NCBI GenBank assembly: GCA_022729735.1
Contig: DZAY01000005.1
Span: 40,420-104,419, forward strand
Direction of reading: 5' to 3'
Length of the DNA: 64,000 nt
Source: Helicobacter cetorum
Lineage (GTDB): Bacteria; Campylobacterota; Campylobacteria; Campylobacterales; DZAY01
The translations under genes were made by a program, and so were the position numbers. Under the pieces are notes generated by a model. The model worked only from the letters and a program-made list of their open reading frames with translations. It was not told the DNA's origin and did not search any database. This document shows, piece after piece, positions 10,408-22,400 of the stretch; positions within the stretch are counted from its first letter, which is position 1; each line of letters opens with the position of its first letter.

Positions 10408-13011
10408 TTATTTTTCTAATTTCAAAATTTCTACAATATCTCTATCAATTTCCAATAAATCAAATGTATTAATATCAATTAATAGTTTATTAAATAGCTC
10501 TTGTAGTGATTTATTATCTTTAATTAAACTCTCTATTTCTGCTGAAACATTTATATAATCATCAAATTCAGAACTTTCTCGTAAAAGTCTTAATTTTTGA
10601 ATTAGAGGTTGTATCTTTTCTATGTCTTGAGCAGTTATTTCAACTTTTTCTAAAATTTTTATATCATCTTTTTGATATTTGAGATATTTTTTTAACTCAT
10701 TTAAAATATCATCTAATTTTGATGGTTTGGAGATATAACCATCAAATTTCAAAAGACTATTTTTTATATCAATTACAGAAGCAGTCAGTGCGATAATTGG
10801 CACATCTAAAAACTCTTTTATCTTTTCTGTGGCTTCATAACCATCCATAACAGGCATTCTAATATCCATAAGTATCAATTCTGGTAAAAACTCTCTTGCT
10901 TTAGCAATAGCATCAGCTCCATCAACAGCTTCTAATGTTTGAATATTAAACATTTTTAAAGTATCTACAAATATTTCTCTATTAAAATCAATATCATCAA
11001 CAACCAATACTTTTTGATTTAAAAACTTAATATAATCTTTAGATTTGGAATTATTCTCTTTTACCTCATCATCTCGCTTTTTTACTTCTTTAATATCTTT
11101 TAGCACAATTGTAAATACAGAACCTTCTCCGATTTTACTCTCAACATATATTTCACCATTCATAATAGATAATAGTTTTTTGGTAATGGCAAGTCCCAAT
11201 CCAGTGCCTTCATACTTTCTACTATTTTTATTCTCTTTTTGCACAAAGACATCAAATATTGAAACTTTATCACTATCTAAAATTCCAATTCCACTATCTG
11301 CAACTTTAATTACCAAATTTGTTTCATCAAACAAAGCTACAACATTTATAAATCCACTCTCTGTAAATTTAACACCATTTCCTATTATATTTATTAAAAT
11401 TTGTCTCAATCTACTCTCATCTAATAGTAAATATTTAGGAATTGAATCATCAATATTTATATCAAATTTAATCCCTTTTTGCCCACATTTATAATCAAAA
11501 ATTGTTTTTAAATCAAATATTAAATTTCTTATATCCACACTATGTAAATTCAGTGTAAGTTTTCCTGTATCAAGTTTGGAAAAATCTAAAATATCATTTA
11601 TTAAATTCAAAAGATTTTTAGAGCTAATTTGAATAGACTCTACATAATTTTTTTGTATTTGAGATAACTCACCTTTTGATAATAGTTCGCTAAATCCTAT
11701 GATTGCATTCATTGGAGTTTTTATCTCATGAGTTAAATTTGTAAAAAATTGAGATTTAATTAAATTTGCTTTTTCTGCTTCTTCTTTGGCATATTTAAGA
11801 GCTTCTTGAGTTAATTTTATATCAGTAATATCTTGATTTGTTCCAACAACTCTAACCTTTTCTTCACTCTCTACCAATCTACCTTTGGCTTGTATATATT
11901 TTATTTCACCATTTATTACTATTTTAAACTCAAAATTACAACTTTCACAACCATCAGTTTCTATTTTTTTCAATAAATCTAATACATATCGCTTATCATC
12001 TTTATGCACTTTTTCTAAAAATTCACTTAATGAGTAAAAACTTTTCTCTTCTAAGTTGTATATTCTTCTCATCTCTTCAGAAATTTTAATCTGATTTCCA
12101 TCCAAAGTAGATTCAAAACTTCCAAAATGTGCTATTTTTTGAGCCTCTTCAAGTGAGTTTTTTGTCTCTTCTATTACTTGATGGCTCATTTTTTCATCTG
12201 TAATATCATACATTATCCAAACAACACCACCATTTAAATTATTACTATCAAGAGCTTTCCCAAAAATTCTAACCCAAAGAACTTTTGCACTTTTTGTTTT
12301 GAGCTGATAATCAATTTCTACACAATCACCATTGATTAATTTATCATAATAGTTTTTAAAAAAGTTTCCAAAATGGTAACTATCTAAATGTATAAGCTCC
12401 ACACTATTTCCAATAATCTCACTTTCACTATACTCAAATGTATCCAAAAATTTTTGATTTACTTTAGAAAAAAATCTTCCATTAATCAAAAATATGATTG
12501 ACATTTGTGTATTATTAAAAATTGCTTCAAGCTCTGTATTTTTATGTTGTAACTCTACATCTTTATGTTTTAACTCTGTAATATCTGTAAAAATTGATAA
12601 AATCACCTCTTTAGAGTGATAATAAAATCGCATTGCTGTTAAAACTGCCCACTTATCTGTTTCTCCACCCATACTTTTTACTCGTAAAGGATAATTTACA
12701 ATATATTTCTTATCTCTGATACTATCAAATATATCTTTTCTTGCTTTTGCATCTTCATAAAAATCTTTTGTGCAGTAGTTTGAAAGCTCTGTTTTGTTTG
12801 TATTTACTATATTAAAAAATCTTTTAGCTGGTCCATTTGCTTTTATAAAAGTTCCACTTTCCAAATCTGTAATTACAACAGGGAGAGGATTTATTTCAAA
12901 AAGCAGTCTAAAGTTATCAATATCTCTTTTATATTTAACTCTCTCAAAATAGATATATAATCCCACAAAAAATATATTTAGTGCTATTGAGAAAGCTAAA
13001 ACAATATCCAT
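10408..13011 (-). CDS. Hybrid sensor histidine kinase (TM-3xPAS-HisKA-HATPase-REC)
   Basis: H-box THEIKTPMNAIIG, N-box NIIGNGVKFT, DSGIGI, GTGLGLAI; receiver VDD...LMDIRMP...KP; three PAS/PAC segments. Confidence 0.95.
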   Translation of the reverse strand: MDIVLAFSIALNIFFVGLYIYFERVKYKRDIDNFRLLFEINPLPVVITDLESGTFIKANGPAKRFFNIVNTNKTELSNYCTKDFYEDAKARKDIFDSIRDKKYIVNYPLRVKSMGGETDKWAVLTAMRFYYHSKEVILSIFTDITELKHKDVELQHKNTELEAIFNNTQMSIIFLINGRFFSKVNQKFLDTFEYSESEIIGNSVELIHLDSYHFGNFFKNYYDKLINGDCVEIDYQLKTKSAKVLWVRIFGKALDSNNLNGGVVWIMYDITDEKMSHQVIEETKNSLEEAQKIAHFGSFESTLDGNQIKISEEMRRIYNLEEKSFYSLSEFLEKVHKDDKRYVLDLLKKIETDGCESCNFEFKIVINGEIKYIQAKGRLVESEEKVRVVGTNQDITDIKLTQEALKYAKEEAEKANLIKSQFFTNLTHEIKTPMNAIIGFSELLSKGELSQIQKNYVESIQISSKNLLNLINDILDFSKLDTGKLTLNLHSVDIRNLIFDLKTIFDYKCGQKGIKFDINIDDSIPKYLLLDESRLRQILINIIGNGVKFTESGFINVVALFDETNLVIKVADSGIGILDSDKVSIFDVFVQKENKNSRKYEGTGLGLAITKKLLSIMNGEIYVESKIGEGSVFTIVLKDIKEVKKRDDEVKENNSKSKDYIKFLNQKVLVVDDIDFNREIFVDTLKMFNIQTLEAVDGADAIAKAREFLPELILMDIRMPVMDGYEATEKIKEFLDVPIIALTASVIDIKNSLLKFDGYISKPSKLDDILNELKKYLKYQKDDIKILEKVEITAQDIEKIQPLIQKLRLLRESSEFDDYINVSAEIESLIKDNKSLQELFNKLLIDINTFDLLEIDRDIVEILKLEK

Positions 13012-13013
13012 AA

Positions 13014-13682
13014 CTACTCCTTGTATGCTATTTTGTCCTCTATATTGGCTTCTTTAAAACCTTTTAATCTCAATCTACAACTATCACAAACTCCACAAGC
13101 CTTATCTTCATCTAAATAACAACTCCAAGTTAGCTCTAATGGAACTCTTAATTTTATCGCTTCTTTGACTATATCTCTCTTTTTTAGATTAATTAAAGGT
13201 GTAGCAATTTTAAGTTTTGTAGCATATTTTGTTCCAATATTTATGGACTTTTCAAAACTATTTATAAACTCTGCTCTACAATCAGGATAACCACTACTAT
13301 CTTCTTCAACAACTCCAATAAAAATTGCTTCAGCTTTTTCTTTTTCAGCAACTGCTGTTGCAATACTTAAAAATATTCCATTTCTAAATGGCACATAAGT
13401 AACTGGAATAACTCCTTCTATAATTCCATCAGTTGGGACTTCTATATTTATATCGGTCAAAGCAGAATGTCCAATAGCTTTAAAAAAATCTAAATCTATT
13501 TCTATCTTTTTTGCACCAAGAGTATCAGAAATTGCTCTAAAAGCTTCTAACTCTTTTTTCATTGTTCGTTGAAAATAGTTAAAATGGAGTGTTATTATTT
13601 CGTAATTTTGCTCTTTTGCAATATATGCACAAAGAGAACTATCCATTCCACCACTTAATATACAAATTGCTTTTTTTTTCAT
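13014..13682 (-). CDS. queC: 7-cyano-7-deazaguanine synthase
   Basis: SGGMDS, TYVPFRN, YPDCR and TWSCY...CGVCDSC. Confidence 0.97.
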   Translation of the reverse strand: MKKKAICILSGGMDSSLCAYIAKEQNYEIITLHFNYFQRTMKKELEAFRAISDTLGAKKIEIDLDFFKAIGHSALTDINIEVPTDGIIEGVIPVTYVPFRNGIFLSIATAVAEKEKAEAIFIGVVEEDSSGYPDCRAEFINSFEKSINIGTKYATKLKIATPLINLKKRDIVKEAIKLRVPLELTWSCYLDEDKACGVCDSCRLRLKGFKEANIEDKIAYKE

Positions 13683-13764
13683 AAATTGTCCTTTCAGCTT
13701 GACTTAAAATATTTAAATAACCTTGATTTCGGATAAGAAGTAGAAAGAGGTTATATTAATCAAA

Positions 13765-14436
13765 TTAATTCTCCTCTATAACCAATCCTGTAATTGGCTT
13801 TATTATTATGCTTTTTTGAGTTCCAGAGCTGTGAGTTAGTGTTATTTTGCAATCAGAAGTGATTAAAGATGATGTGTTATAAGGATTTGTTGATGTGTTG
13901 TTTTTGTATGGTCTGCCAAGTTCATCAAAAAATATTCTTCTACTTTGATTTATTCCTTGGTTATTGGTGCAAGATGAAGAAAATTTTATATCTGTAATAC
14001 CAAAATTGTATAGTTGCATTCTTTTATTAACTCTATCATCATCAATAGATAATATACCACTTTGACCACCACTTAAATATTTATCTCTATTTTGAGAATC
14101 TTTAGGATTTAAAATATCAATTGCTATATTATCTCCTATATTTACATCTCCATCTTGATTTAAACTATCTTGATATATAGAAAAAGCCCAAACATCTGTC
14201 ACATCAACACTTCTATTAAAATTTAACTGCCATCTATCCTTAAACCATTCTGGATTATTTTTATCATACATATCTTGAGATAGTGCTAAATGCTGTGTGT
14301 ATCTTAAATAATATACAACCTCATCAACTGCTTCTTGTAACTCATCTCCATCAAATTTAAATGAAATAAAACTTGCTAAAATACCTCCAATAATAATTAC
14401 AAATATTAACTCTATCATTGTAAATGCTTTTTTCAT
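13765..14436 (-). CDS. Minor pilin/pseudopilin (GspH/FimT/MshC-like)
   Basis: Prepilin N-terminus MKKA|FTMIELIFVIII; YTQHLAL, IFFDELGRP and I.PITG motifs. Confidence 0.85.
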   Translation of the reverse strand: MKKAFTMIELIFVIIIGGILASFISFKFDGDELQEAVDEVVYYLRYTQHLALSQDMYDKNNPEWFKDRWQLNFNRSVDVTDVWAFSIYQDSLNQDGDVNIGDNIAIDILNPKDSQNRDKYLSGGQSGILSIDDDRVNKRMQLYNFGITDIKFSSSCTNNQGINQSRRIFFDELGRPYKNNTSTNPYNTSSLITSDCKITLTHSSGTQKSIIIKPITGLVIEEN

Positions 14437-14813
14437 GGTTTTTGCACCGTTCTTCTATGAAATCTAATTGGCTCATTAGTTATACACTCTCTTGTAGTAA
14501 CTATTACATCAATAACTGCCGTCCCATTTGTCTCTGGAGTATCACCAATATATTGATAAGTTATATTTATATCAAATACATCACTTACATTTATATCTGA
14601 AAAAGTTAAATTTTCAGTTGAATAATTATGCTCACTCATTCTAAAAATTGCATATTCTGTGGCACTTCTTGCTAATAGTTCTGCTTGTGTTCTTAAATAT
14701 GTGTCTTGTGTTTGCTTTGTGATAATTGATGAGATAGTCATAATATATGTGCCAAATAGAGCAATTACAACCATAATAATAATTGCCAAAAGTATTCCAA
14801 AACTTTTTCTCAA
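14433..14813 (-). CDS. Minor pilin (MshP/PilX/GspK-like, lacks Glu5)
   Basis: Start reassigned to the in-frame TTG at 14813, overlapping the upstream TGA, giving MRKS|FGILLAIIIMVV; QAELLARSATEYA motif. Confidence 0.75.
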   Translation of the reverse strand: MRKSFGILLAIIIMVVIALFGTYIMTISSIITKQTQDTYLRTQAELLARSATEYAIFRMSEHNYSTENLTFSDINVSDVFDINITYQYIGDTPETNGTAVIDVIVTTRECITNEPIRFHRRTVQKP

Positions 14814-15757
14814 AATATTGCCCTCTCTTTGCAAACAGTAGCATTTATATCTTCATACTCTGGCAAACAGTGGTTTATACAGACTCTAATTCTCATAACT
14901 CCACTCTCTTGAATAAATCTAAATGATTCCACATTTGTGGCTAAAGGCTCTTGTTTTGTATTTATATCACTATATTTTTCTCCATTCCACGGACGATAGT
15001 CATAATAAAGAGTTAAATTGTAATCGTTGTCATTATTTGGATTGATATTTTTATCCATTCGCAGAGCATAAGCACTATCAACTAAATAGTATTGTTCAAA
15101 AAGTGCTGTATCTTCTAAGTTTTTACTTCTATCAATATTGAAATTATCATTATTAATTACTGTAATATCAAAAATTCCTGTTGCATTATTATCAAATTTA
15201 TAACCAAAACCAGCAATTAAATCATTTCCAAAGTAGTAACCTCTATAATCTTTATCTGTAAATACAAGAGCCACTTTTTTGTTTGTAAAAACATCAATAT
15301 CATTAAATATTGCTCCATCTATATCTTGCACAACTGATAGATTTGTATCTGGTGAATAAATAGTATGAAATTTAAAAACAGTATCATATATAGATGAGTT
15401 CATATTTATATATCCACTCCACCCAAGAGTAACAGTTACTCCATCATTTGATATACCTCTTTGAGACTCATAAGCTATCCCTATCCACTCAAGTGTATCG
15501 TAAGTATCATCAACAGCTTCAATAGATTTATAATTTGCTCCATTTATTGAGCCAACTACACTATTTTTTATTCTATATTGCAATCTACTTGCTATCTGTT
15601 CGGTTATAACTTTTGTTTGAAACTCAAGCTCATTTGTGATTTTTGAAGTTAAATATTTTTCATAAATTCCAATTACAATATTAAAAGATATTGCACTAAC
15701 TATTCCCAATACTACAATTACAAATATCATCTCTAAGAGTGAAAAAGCTTTTCTCAT
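14810..15757 (-). CDS. Minor pilin (MshO/PilW/GspJ-like)
   Basis: MRKA|FSLLEMIFVIVVLG; C-terminal LTLYYDYRPW...LATNVESFRF. Confidence 0.85.
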   Translation of the reverse strand: MRKAFSLLEMIFVIVVLGIVSAISFNIVIGIYEKYLTSKITNELEFQTKVITEQIASRLQYRIKNSVVGSINGANYKSIEAVDDTYDTLEWIGIAYESQRGISNDGVTVTLGWSGYINMNSSIYDTVFKFHTIYSPDTNLSVVQDIDGAIFNDIDVFTNKKVALVFTDKDYRGYYFGNDLIAGFGYKFDNNATGIFDITVINNDNFNIDRSKNLEDTALFEQYYLVDSAYALRMDKNINPNNDNDYNLTLYYDYRPWNGEKYSDINTKQEPLATNVESFRFIQESGVMRIRVCINHCLPEYEDINATVCKERAIF

Positions 15758-16413
15758 TGCACTTTCCTAATCTCAACTACTCCAATATTTCCTGCTACAT
15801 AGTTTAGCTCTGCTATTAGCTCTTTTTTACAATCATAAGATTTAATGCTAATTTGCTTTAAATTTGTTGAAACACTGCTATTTTCATACCAATTAGTTTT
15901 ATTACTGTCTGTATAGTCATCTTTTATATATTTAACTGTTACATTTATATCATATCCATTTAACTCTTCACCATAACCATTAAATGAGCTTATACTTGTT
16001 TTTGGTGCAGTTGGAATTAATATTGGTATTGGAGATAAATTTGGTGGTGTTGGATTATTTACAGCTTGAGCTACTGTGCAAGTTCTAAATAAACTTTCAC
16101 CAATTCCAGCTACATTTTCAAATATACTTCTCTCTCCTAAAGTAGCATTAATATCACTATTTAACATATTTTGACATGTTGAGTTAATAACAGTTAATAT
16201 TTTATTTACATTTTCATTTTTATTTTCATCATCCCATGGAAATGATAATATTATATTCATTAAAGCTATTGAGTGAAATATTGCTTGTTGCTTGATAGCT
16301 TCTTCATCACTTTTATTTGCTTCTGTCATAAGAAATGGAATTGTTAGCATAGATATAGATATTATAACTATGCTAAATACAAGTTCAATTAGTGAAAAAG
16401 CTCTTTTTACCAT
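15754..16413 (-). CDS. Minor pilin (MshD/PilV-like)
   Basis: MVKRA|FSLIELVFSIVII; MshD-like PWDDE motif. Confidence 0.85.
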   Translation of the reverse strand: MVKRAFSLIELVFSIVIISISMLTIPFLMTEANKSDEEAIKQQAIFHSIALMNIILSFPWDDENKNENVNKILTVINSTCQNMLNSDINATLGERSIFENVAGIGESLFRTCTVAQAVNNPTPPNLSPIPILIPTAPKTSISSFNGYGEELNGYDINVTVKYIKDDYTDSNKTNWYENSSVSTNLKQISIKSYDCKKELIAELNYVAGNIGVVEIRKVQ

Positions 16414-19400
16414 TGCATTCTAATAGATGAATTTACATCTTGTTTTTTTACTTTAACAGTATCATCTACAGTTTTACCACTTCCACCCCAATCATTAGTT
16501 AGACTACTGATAAACTCCAATGAGAATGTTGGATGATTTAGTGGAGATTGTGAAGTAGCAAATTCTATATATGCTCCTCCAAATTTTGTATAATATAGAT
16601 ACTCTGGTATTGATAAATGGACTATCTCTTTATGTTTTTCATTAGTTCCACTATATGAGAAGTTTCGAGTTATATCACCATTATTAAATGGTATCGGAGC
16701 TAATGAAGTTCCACTCATATTTTCATTTGGTTTTAGATTAATAGCTTTTACTTCTGAAACACTATCTTTAGAATTTATATACCAACCAATATCATTTGGA
16801 CTAACACTAAATCCACTTATTCCCATTTCAACCTTATTACAAGTTTTGCAATATATTTCAGAGTAAATTTTTGCATCAACACTTTTATCATAAATAGTTA
16901 CATCTTTACCTTTTACTCTACCATAATAGAATGTTGCATTTTTATCTGGATTTGTTGTTACATTTCCTTCTACCAAACTATTATCTTTAATTGTAAAGTT
17001 AATATCAACTTGAGTTCCATTTATAAACCTTGGCTCAAGTAAAGTATTATAAGCTCTACTATAATTAAATCTATAATCATTTAAATTAAGTGTTGTTTCA
17101 CCATCAATAAAGCTTAAATCTTCATTGTTAAAACTTAAATTATCATCTACATGAATTGGATTATCTGGAATATTAAAGATATTACTTAATGTAATATTCT
17201 CTTCATACAATCCATTTGAGTAGTTTTTGGTTATTTCATTTAGATGGTTTATAGCTTTAATCTTGAGTGATAAGTTTCTAACTAATGCACTCATATTTAA
17301 ATCATTAGAATAGTATGTAAAGTTAGCATCTGAAAAGTTATTATCTAAATATGGTTGATTTATAAATGTAACTTCAAACTGTTTTGGAGTGAATTTAACC
17401 ATATTTGAGTTAGCACATATATCACATCCAACTTTTCCTTCACTATCTTTAGCATTACTACAACTATTAGAAACACAATCATTTGGTTGGTCTATTTCAG
17501 TCCATTTTTTATCAGTAAGATTTAAATCAATATATCCAATATCAGAGTAGTTAAAATCAACCAAAGTTACTGCTGTGCCATTTATTGTAAATGGAGAGCC
17601 TTTTACAAAATTTCCATTTAAAGAGTTATCTATATCAATTTTATTTGGCATATATTTATTGTAAATAATAGTTAAATTAGTATCTCCTTGAATATATCCG
17701 TTATCAGAAGCACTAAATTGTAACTCACTATGTGTTAATCCTGCAATATATGAAGACCTTAAAAACAGCATCGTTAAGCTATATGGTTTAATTGCAAAGC
17801 TATCTAAATTTTCTTCACCTTTTTTATCATCAATAACTTCTGCATCTTGTTTATTAATTAGTGCATCTTCTTCACTAATCAATCTCCACTCCAATATAGG
17901 CTGAAGATGTTTATAACTTTCATTTATTGCTGGAATAGTAAATGTATATGATGTGTGGTCTTTATTTATAACTTCCCAACTGCTAAAAGGCACAACTACT
18001 GTATTGCCATTTGTTACATCTACTATTTTGACTCTTACTTGATAATTTTTATCTCCAATTGTTTCTGGATTTACCGCAGTTATAGTTAAATCAAAAGCTT
18101 CTCCAGCAGTTTTTGTTGTAATACTATTATTATGTTCGCCACTTCTAAGAGGATTTAATATATCAAAATCTGTCAAAGTTGGTGGAACTAACTTTATATC
18201 ATCACCACTTTCTATCTCTATTCCTTCAAAACTATTTCCACCAATCACATTTTCACTAAAATCTGTTTGATATGTAGCTTTGAAATCTGTTGTATCTTCG
18301 CTTTTTGCTCTTATAGTATATGTGAAAGTCTCTTCACCATATTTATTAAGCGACAGAGAATTAGGAACATTATCACTATTTACTAACTCAAATTTATCTT
18401 CATCTAATAATATATCAACAATATTTATATTGGTTAAATCATAATCATGTTGATTTTTTATAGTTACACTAACTGTTATTGTTTCTCCAACTTCAGCTGG
18501 ATTATCAGTAGTAATATCATTTCCATCTCTATCTTTTAAGTTTGTTGTAAATAGTAAAGGCTCTTTTAGTGCTGAAGTTGCAACAACTCCTACAAAATAT
18601 TTATCGCTATTATCTACACTAAAATCAATCTCATTTAATAAAGTAAAGTTTAAAACAATTTTATTATCTGATGCTTCTTCAAATTTATTTAGATAGCTTT
18701 GTGTATCGACTAACATTTTATCATCACCACCACTATTACCACCATAACCAAATATTGTTGTATTTGCATCTTTGAGATTGAAATTTTTTGTAGAGTTTCG
18801 CTCAAATATTCCATTTGTCTCATTTTTTTCACTTCTATTTGCAATACCAACAAATCCATCTTGAATAGCAACATTTCTAATTTTTTTGATAGTTGAATTA
18901 TCTTCATAAGCAACTACCAAAATCCATCCAGCAAATCCACTACTATACTCTATTCCACTTATTGAATAATCTCCTGAACTATTTATCTCATTTGTTACAT
19001 CAAGTGAGCCTTGATAAGCTAAATTATTACTATCTATAACTATATTTGTATTTGGATAAGTTACAGAATTGCTTTTAAAAGTTATACTGTCTGCTGTTTT
19101 ATAAAGTATATCATCTCTATAATTACTTAAATATCCATACCAATATAGTCTTGCATACTCTATTTTTGCATTAGTTGGAATATTGCTTATAGAGATAATT
19201 CCACTTGTTCCACTAAATACTTTATAATCTCCTTGTAAATTTTTTGAAAAAATAGTATCAAATGGTTTTGGTTTAGCCATCAATCCTATATTTATAGTTT
19301 TAAAATCATCTTTTTTAGCTGATGGTATAAATGAAACATCTGAAGTTAGTTTTACATAATTTGTTATATTACTACCAATCTCTTTACCTTTTACATCTAT

Positions 19401-22400
19401 TTTGATAGTTGTAGTATCTACACTTATATCTCCAAGTGGTATAGTTATATTTCCATCTGCTATATCTTCTGGAGCTATATTTATATATGTTGAACCTCCA
19501 TCTATACTGTATTTGATAGATTCTATATTTGTCTCATTTAAATCTACTAATAGTTTAGAGTTAGTAAGTGTATGAGATGATAATTTTGAAATATCTACAA
19601 TCAAAGAAAACTCTGTATCAATTGGAATAACTCCATTATCACCAATCCCAACTCCATTACTATCTTCCATTTTTAGAGATAGCATTACATCAGCTTCCAA
19701 ACCTTCTCCAACAATAATTCTTTGAGGATTACTTTTTCCAAGTGTTTTTGTATCAAGTGAGCTTTTTGCTTCTACTTGTGAATAGAAATCTCTATCACTA
19801 TTTGGAGATTTTATAGTAAAGCTAAATTCAGAGAAATTTCCATCTTTATTTATAGTTCCATTTAATTGACACTCTAAATTATTACTAATTGTATATGGAG
19901 GAGGTGGAGGACAATCCCAACCATTAGCTGTAACTAAACCAGTAAATACAAAACCGTCTAAAAGACTTACAGAAATTTTTGGATTATCTTCATTAAAAGG
20001 AGCTTTATTAGTTAATTTAACTGTATAGTTTATAGTCTTATTATAGCCAACACTTACATCTCCATTACTATTTTTTGGAGTTACATTAGCTTCTACTGAA
20101 AATTTAGATACATATATAGTTGTATTTATAAATGCATTATCCACACACTTTGGAACTACATTATTGAAATTCATTTTTAAAGTATCACTCACATAATTTA
20201 CCATATATGTATTATTAATCTCTCCATTTTGAGGATAAGAGATAATATCAGAGTTATATTTGTATTCTGCTTTTCCATTTACAGCTATTTGACCACCATT
20301 TGTAGCATTAGCTCCAGTTCCAACTCTAACTTTTAATTTATATTCACTATCCACATAATCAACTTCATCATCACCAACTGCATTTGTTTTTTGGACACCA
20401 TTTAAATAAGTTCCATTAGTTTTGTTATATCCAAGTGGTGCATCAAATATTTTATCTATTTGAACTTTTGATGCCTCTTCTGTTCCTATATTTGATACAT
20501 TTACTTCAAATACTAATCTATCTCCTAAAAAGATAGATGTATTTTCATCAACAATCAAATCATTTTTATAAATTGTTTCAAGATAACAAACTTTTGGAGA
20601 GTATAGCTCTGTTGCGAATGCAACCATTCCAGGATAATATTGGTCGCCAGATGTTTCAAGTCTTATCGTTGTTGAAGTTTGAGAATTACTAATAATATTA
20701 GAACCAGTCGTTCCAACACTAAACACATCTATATCAATTCCCATATTATTATTTAAAGTTGGATTTCTTGGAGTTCCATTATTTATAGACGAGTTAAATA
20801 CATTATTTATATTTGAAGCATCTACATTTTGAAAATTGCCAATTTTATCAGTAAGTTGAAATTTATCATCTCTATATGGTAAATCGCCTTCACCTGCAAA
20901 TACAAAAAGTTCTGAATTTACATTTCCACTTGCTGGAGTTAAAAATCCACTTATATTAATATCTACCCTTCTATATCCTGTGCTATCTTGAACATTTTTA
21001 TATCCTGTAAATAGAGATAAGTTTTTATAACTATCTTGTAAATCTTCATAAGCAACAGTTAATGCCCAAGCACCATAGTAGTTTGTTTGTCCCTCATCAA
21101 CATATAAGTCTGCAACTGTATAAGTTCCACTATCTTTAATTAAATTTGTAATGTTTTTATAACATTGATATGATTCTCCATTATAAAAACATTTTCCACC
21201 ATCTAAAGCATCAATTTCAGTGTAATTTGGGGATAATGGTGTTTTTAGTTTTAATCTATTAATATTAGTTCGCTCTTCCACACATATATTACTCCAAGTT
21301 CTACAAGTTCCATTAGACCAATATCTTGTACATTGAGTTTCTGTTCTTATACATTCTGAAATATTTTCAGTTCTACCTTGCCAACTAAGCAAAGCATATT
21401 TAATTTTTGCATCTGGTCTTAATACCAAATCTGCACTACTTGAATTAAATGTTGAGCTATTATTATCAACATCTACATAATAAGTCCTTACATCATTATT
21501 TGCTTTTGTAGAGTTTGGCACACAATTGCCACCACTTTTTTCACATAAAACCACATTACCTATTAATTTTATATTTCCATATAAATTGCTATTATAAACT
21601 AATCTAAAATCTTCATATCCAGTTTGTAGATTTGAAGTAGCTTTATTTATAGTTATAATCATAATATCATTTACACTTCCATAACCATCACTTACATTAA
21701 AATTAAAACTATCATTACTATCATCTCCATAAGTGTGAAGATACTCTATTTTTCCATCATCAATATCTTTTTGAGTGAAATTTTGACTTGTTGAAGTTAT
21801 AGCTACACCACTATAATATATGACACCTTTTGTAGGAAGTGCTGTAATTGTATATACTAATTGCGAAGTATTTTCTTCATTATCAGTAGCTTTTAGATTA
21901 GAGTTTGTAACTATTTTTCTCTCATTTTGATTAACTGTTATAGATTTATTTATGATTTGTGGAAGTGAATTTATTTTGATACCCAAACTCGATGACACAA
22001 TATTAAAACCATCAGTTAGATTAAAATACAATCTACTAAGTGAAATAGTTCCATTACTAACAAAAGTAACTCTTCCATAATCTATATCACTTTGAGTGAA
22101 TGTTCCTCCAACTCCTAAATTAACTCCATTTAGCTTGATAGTTCCATTTGTAGGTAAAGTCGTAATAGTATAAACTAATTGTGCTGGATACTCTTCAGCA
22201 TCAGTTGCTGGTAAATTTAAATTTATAATCTTTGCACTCTCATTTACATTTACAAATAGATTAACAGGAGTAATAACTGGTGCATCATTTATAGGATTTA
22301 CATAAATTTGCATAGTTCCAAGTGGTGATGAGCTTAATGTTCCATCAGTTACACCAAAATTAAAACTATCGCTTGTTGTCTCACTACCATCATGTTTATA

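Noticed and set aside
13671-13679. A9 tract at the start of queC as a phase-variation site
   Set aside because: It encodes Lys-Lys-Lys, and such runs are common in AT-rich DNA. I saw no long poly-G/C tracts, the usual Campylobacterota switch.
13014-13682. queC as part of a Dpd DNA-modification or QatABCD defence system
   Set aside because: It is a canonical short housekeeping QueC with no dpdA, TatD or ATPase neighbours.
13683-13764. Possible preQ1 riboswitch upstream of queC
   Set aside because: The sense strand lacks the short stem, UUC loop and A-rich tail. The AGAGGTT...CCTCTATAA look-alike is on the wrong strand and runs into the pilin gene. Only a weak 7-bp inverted repeat remains.
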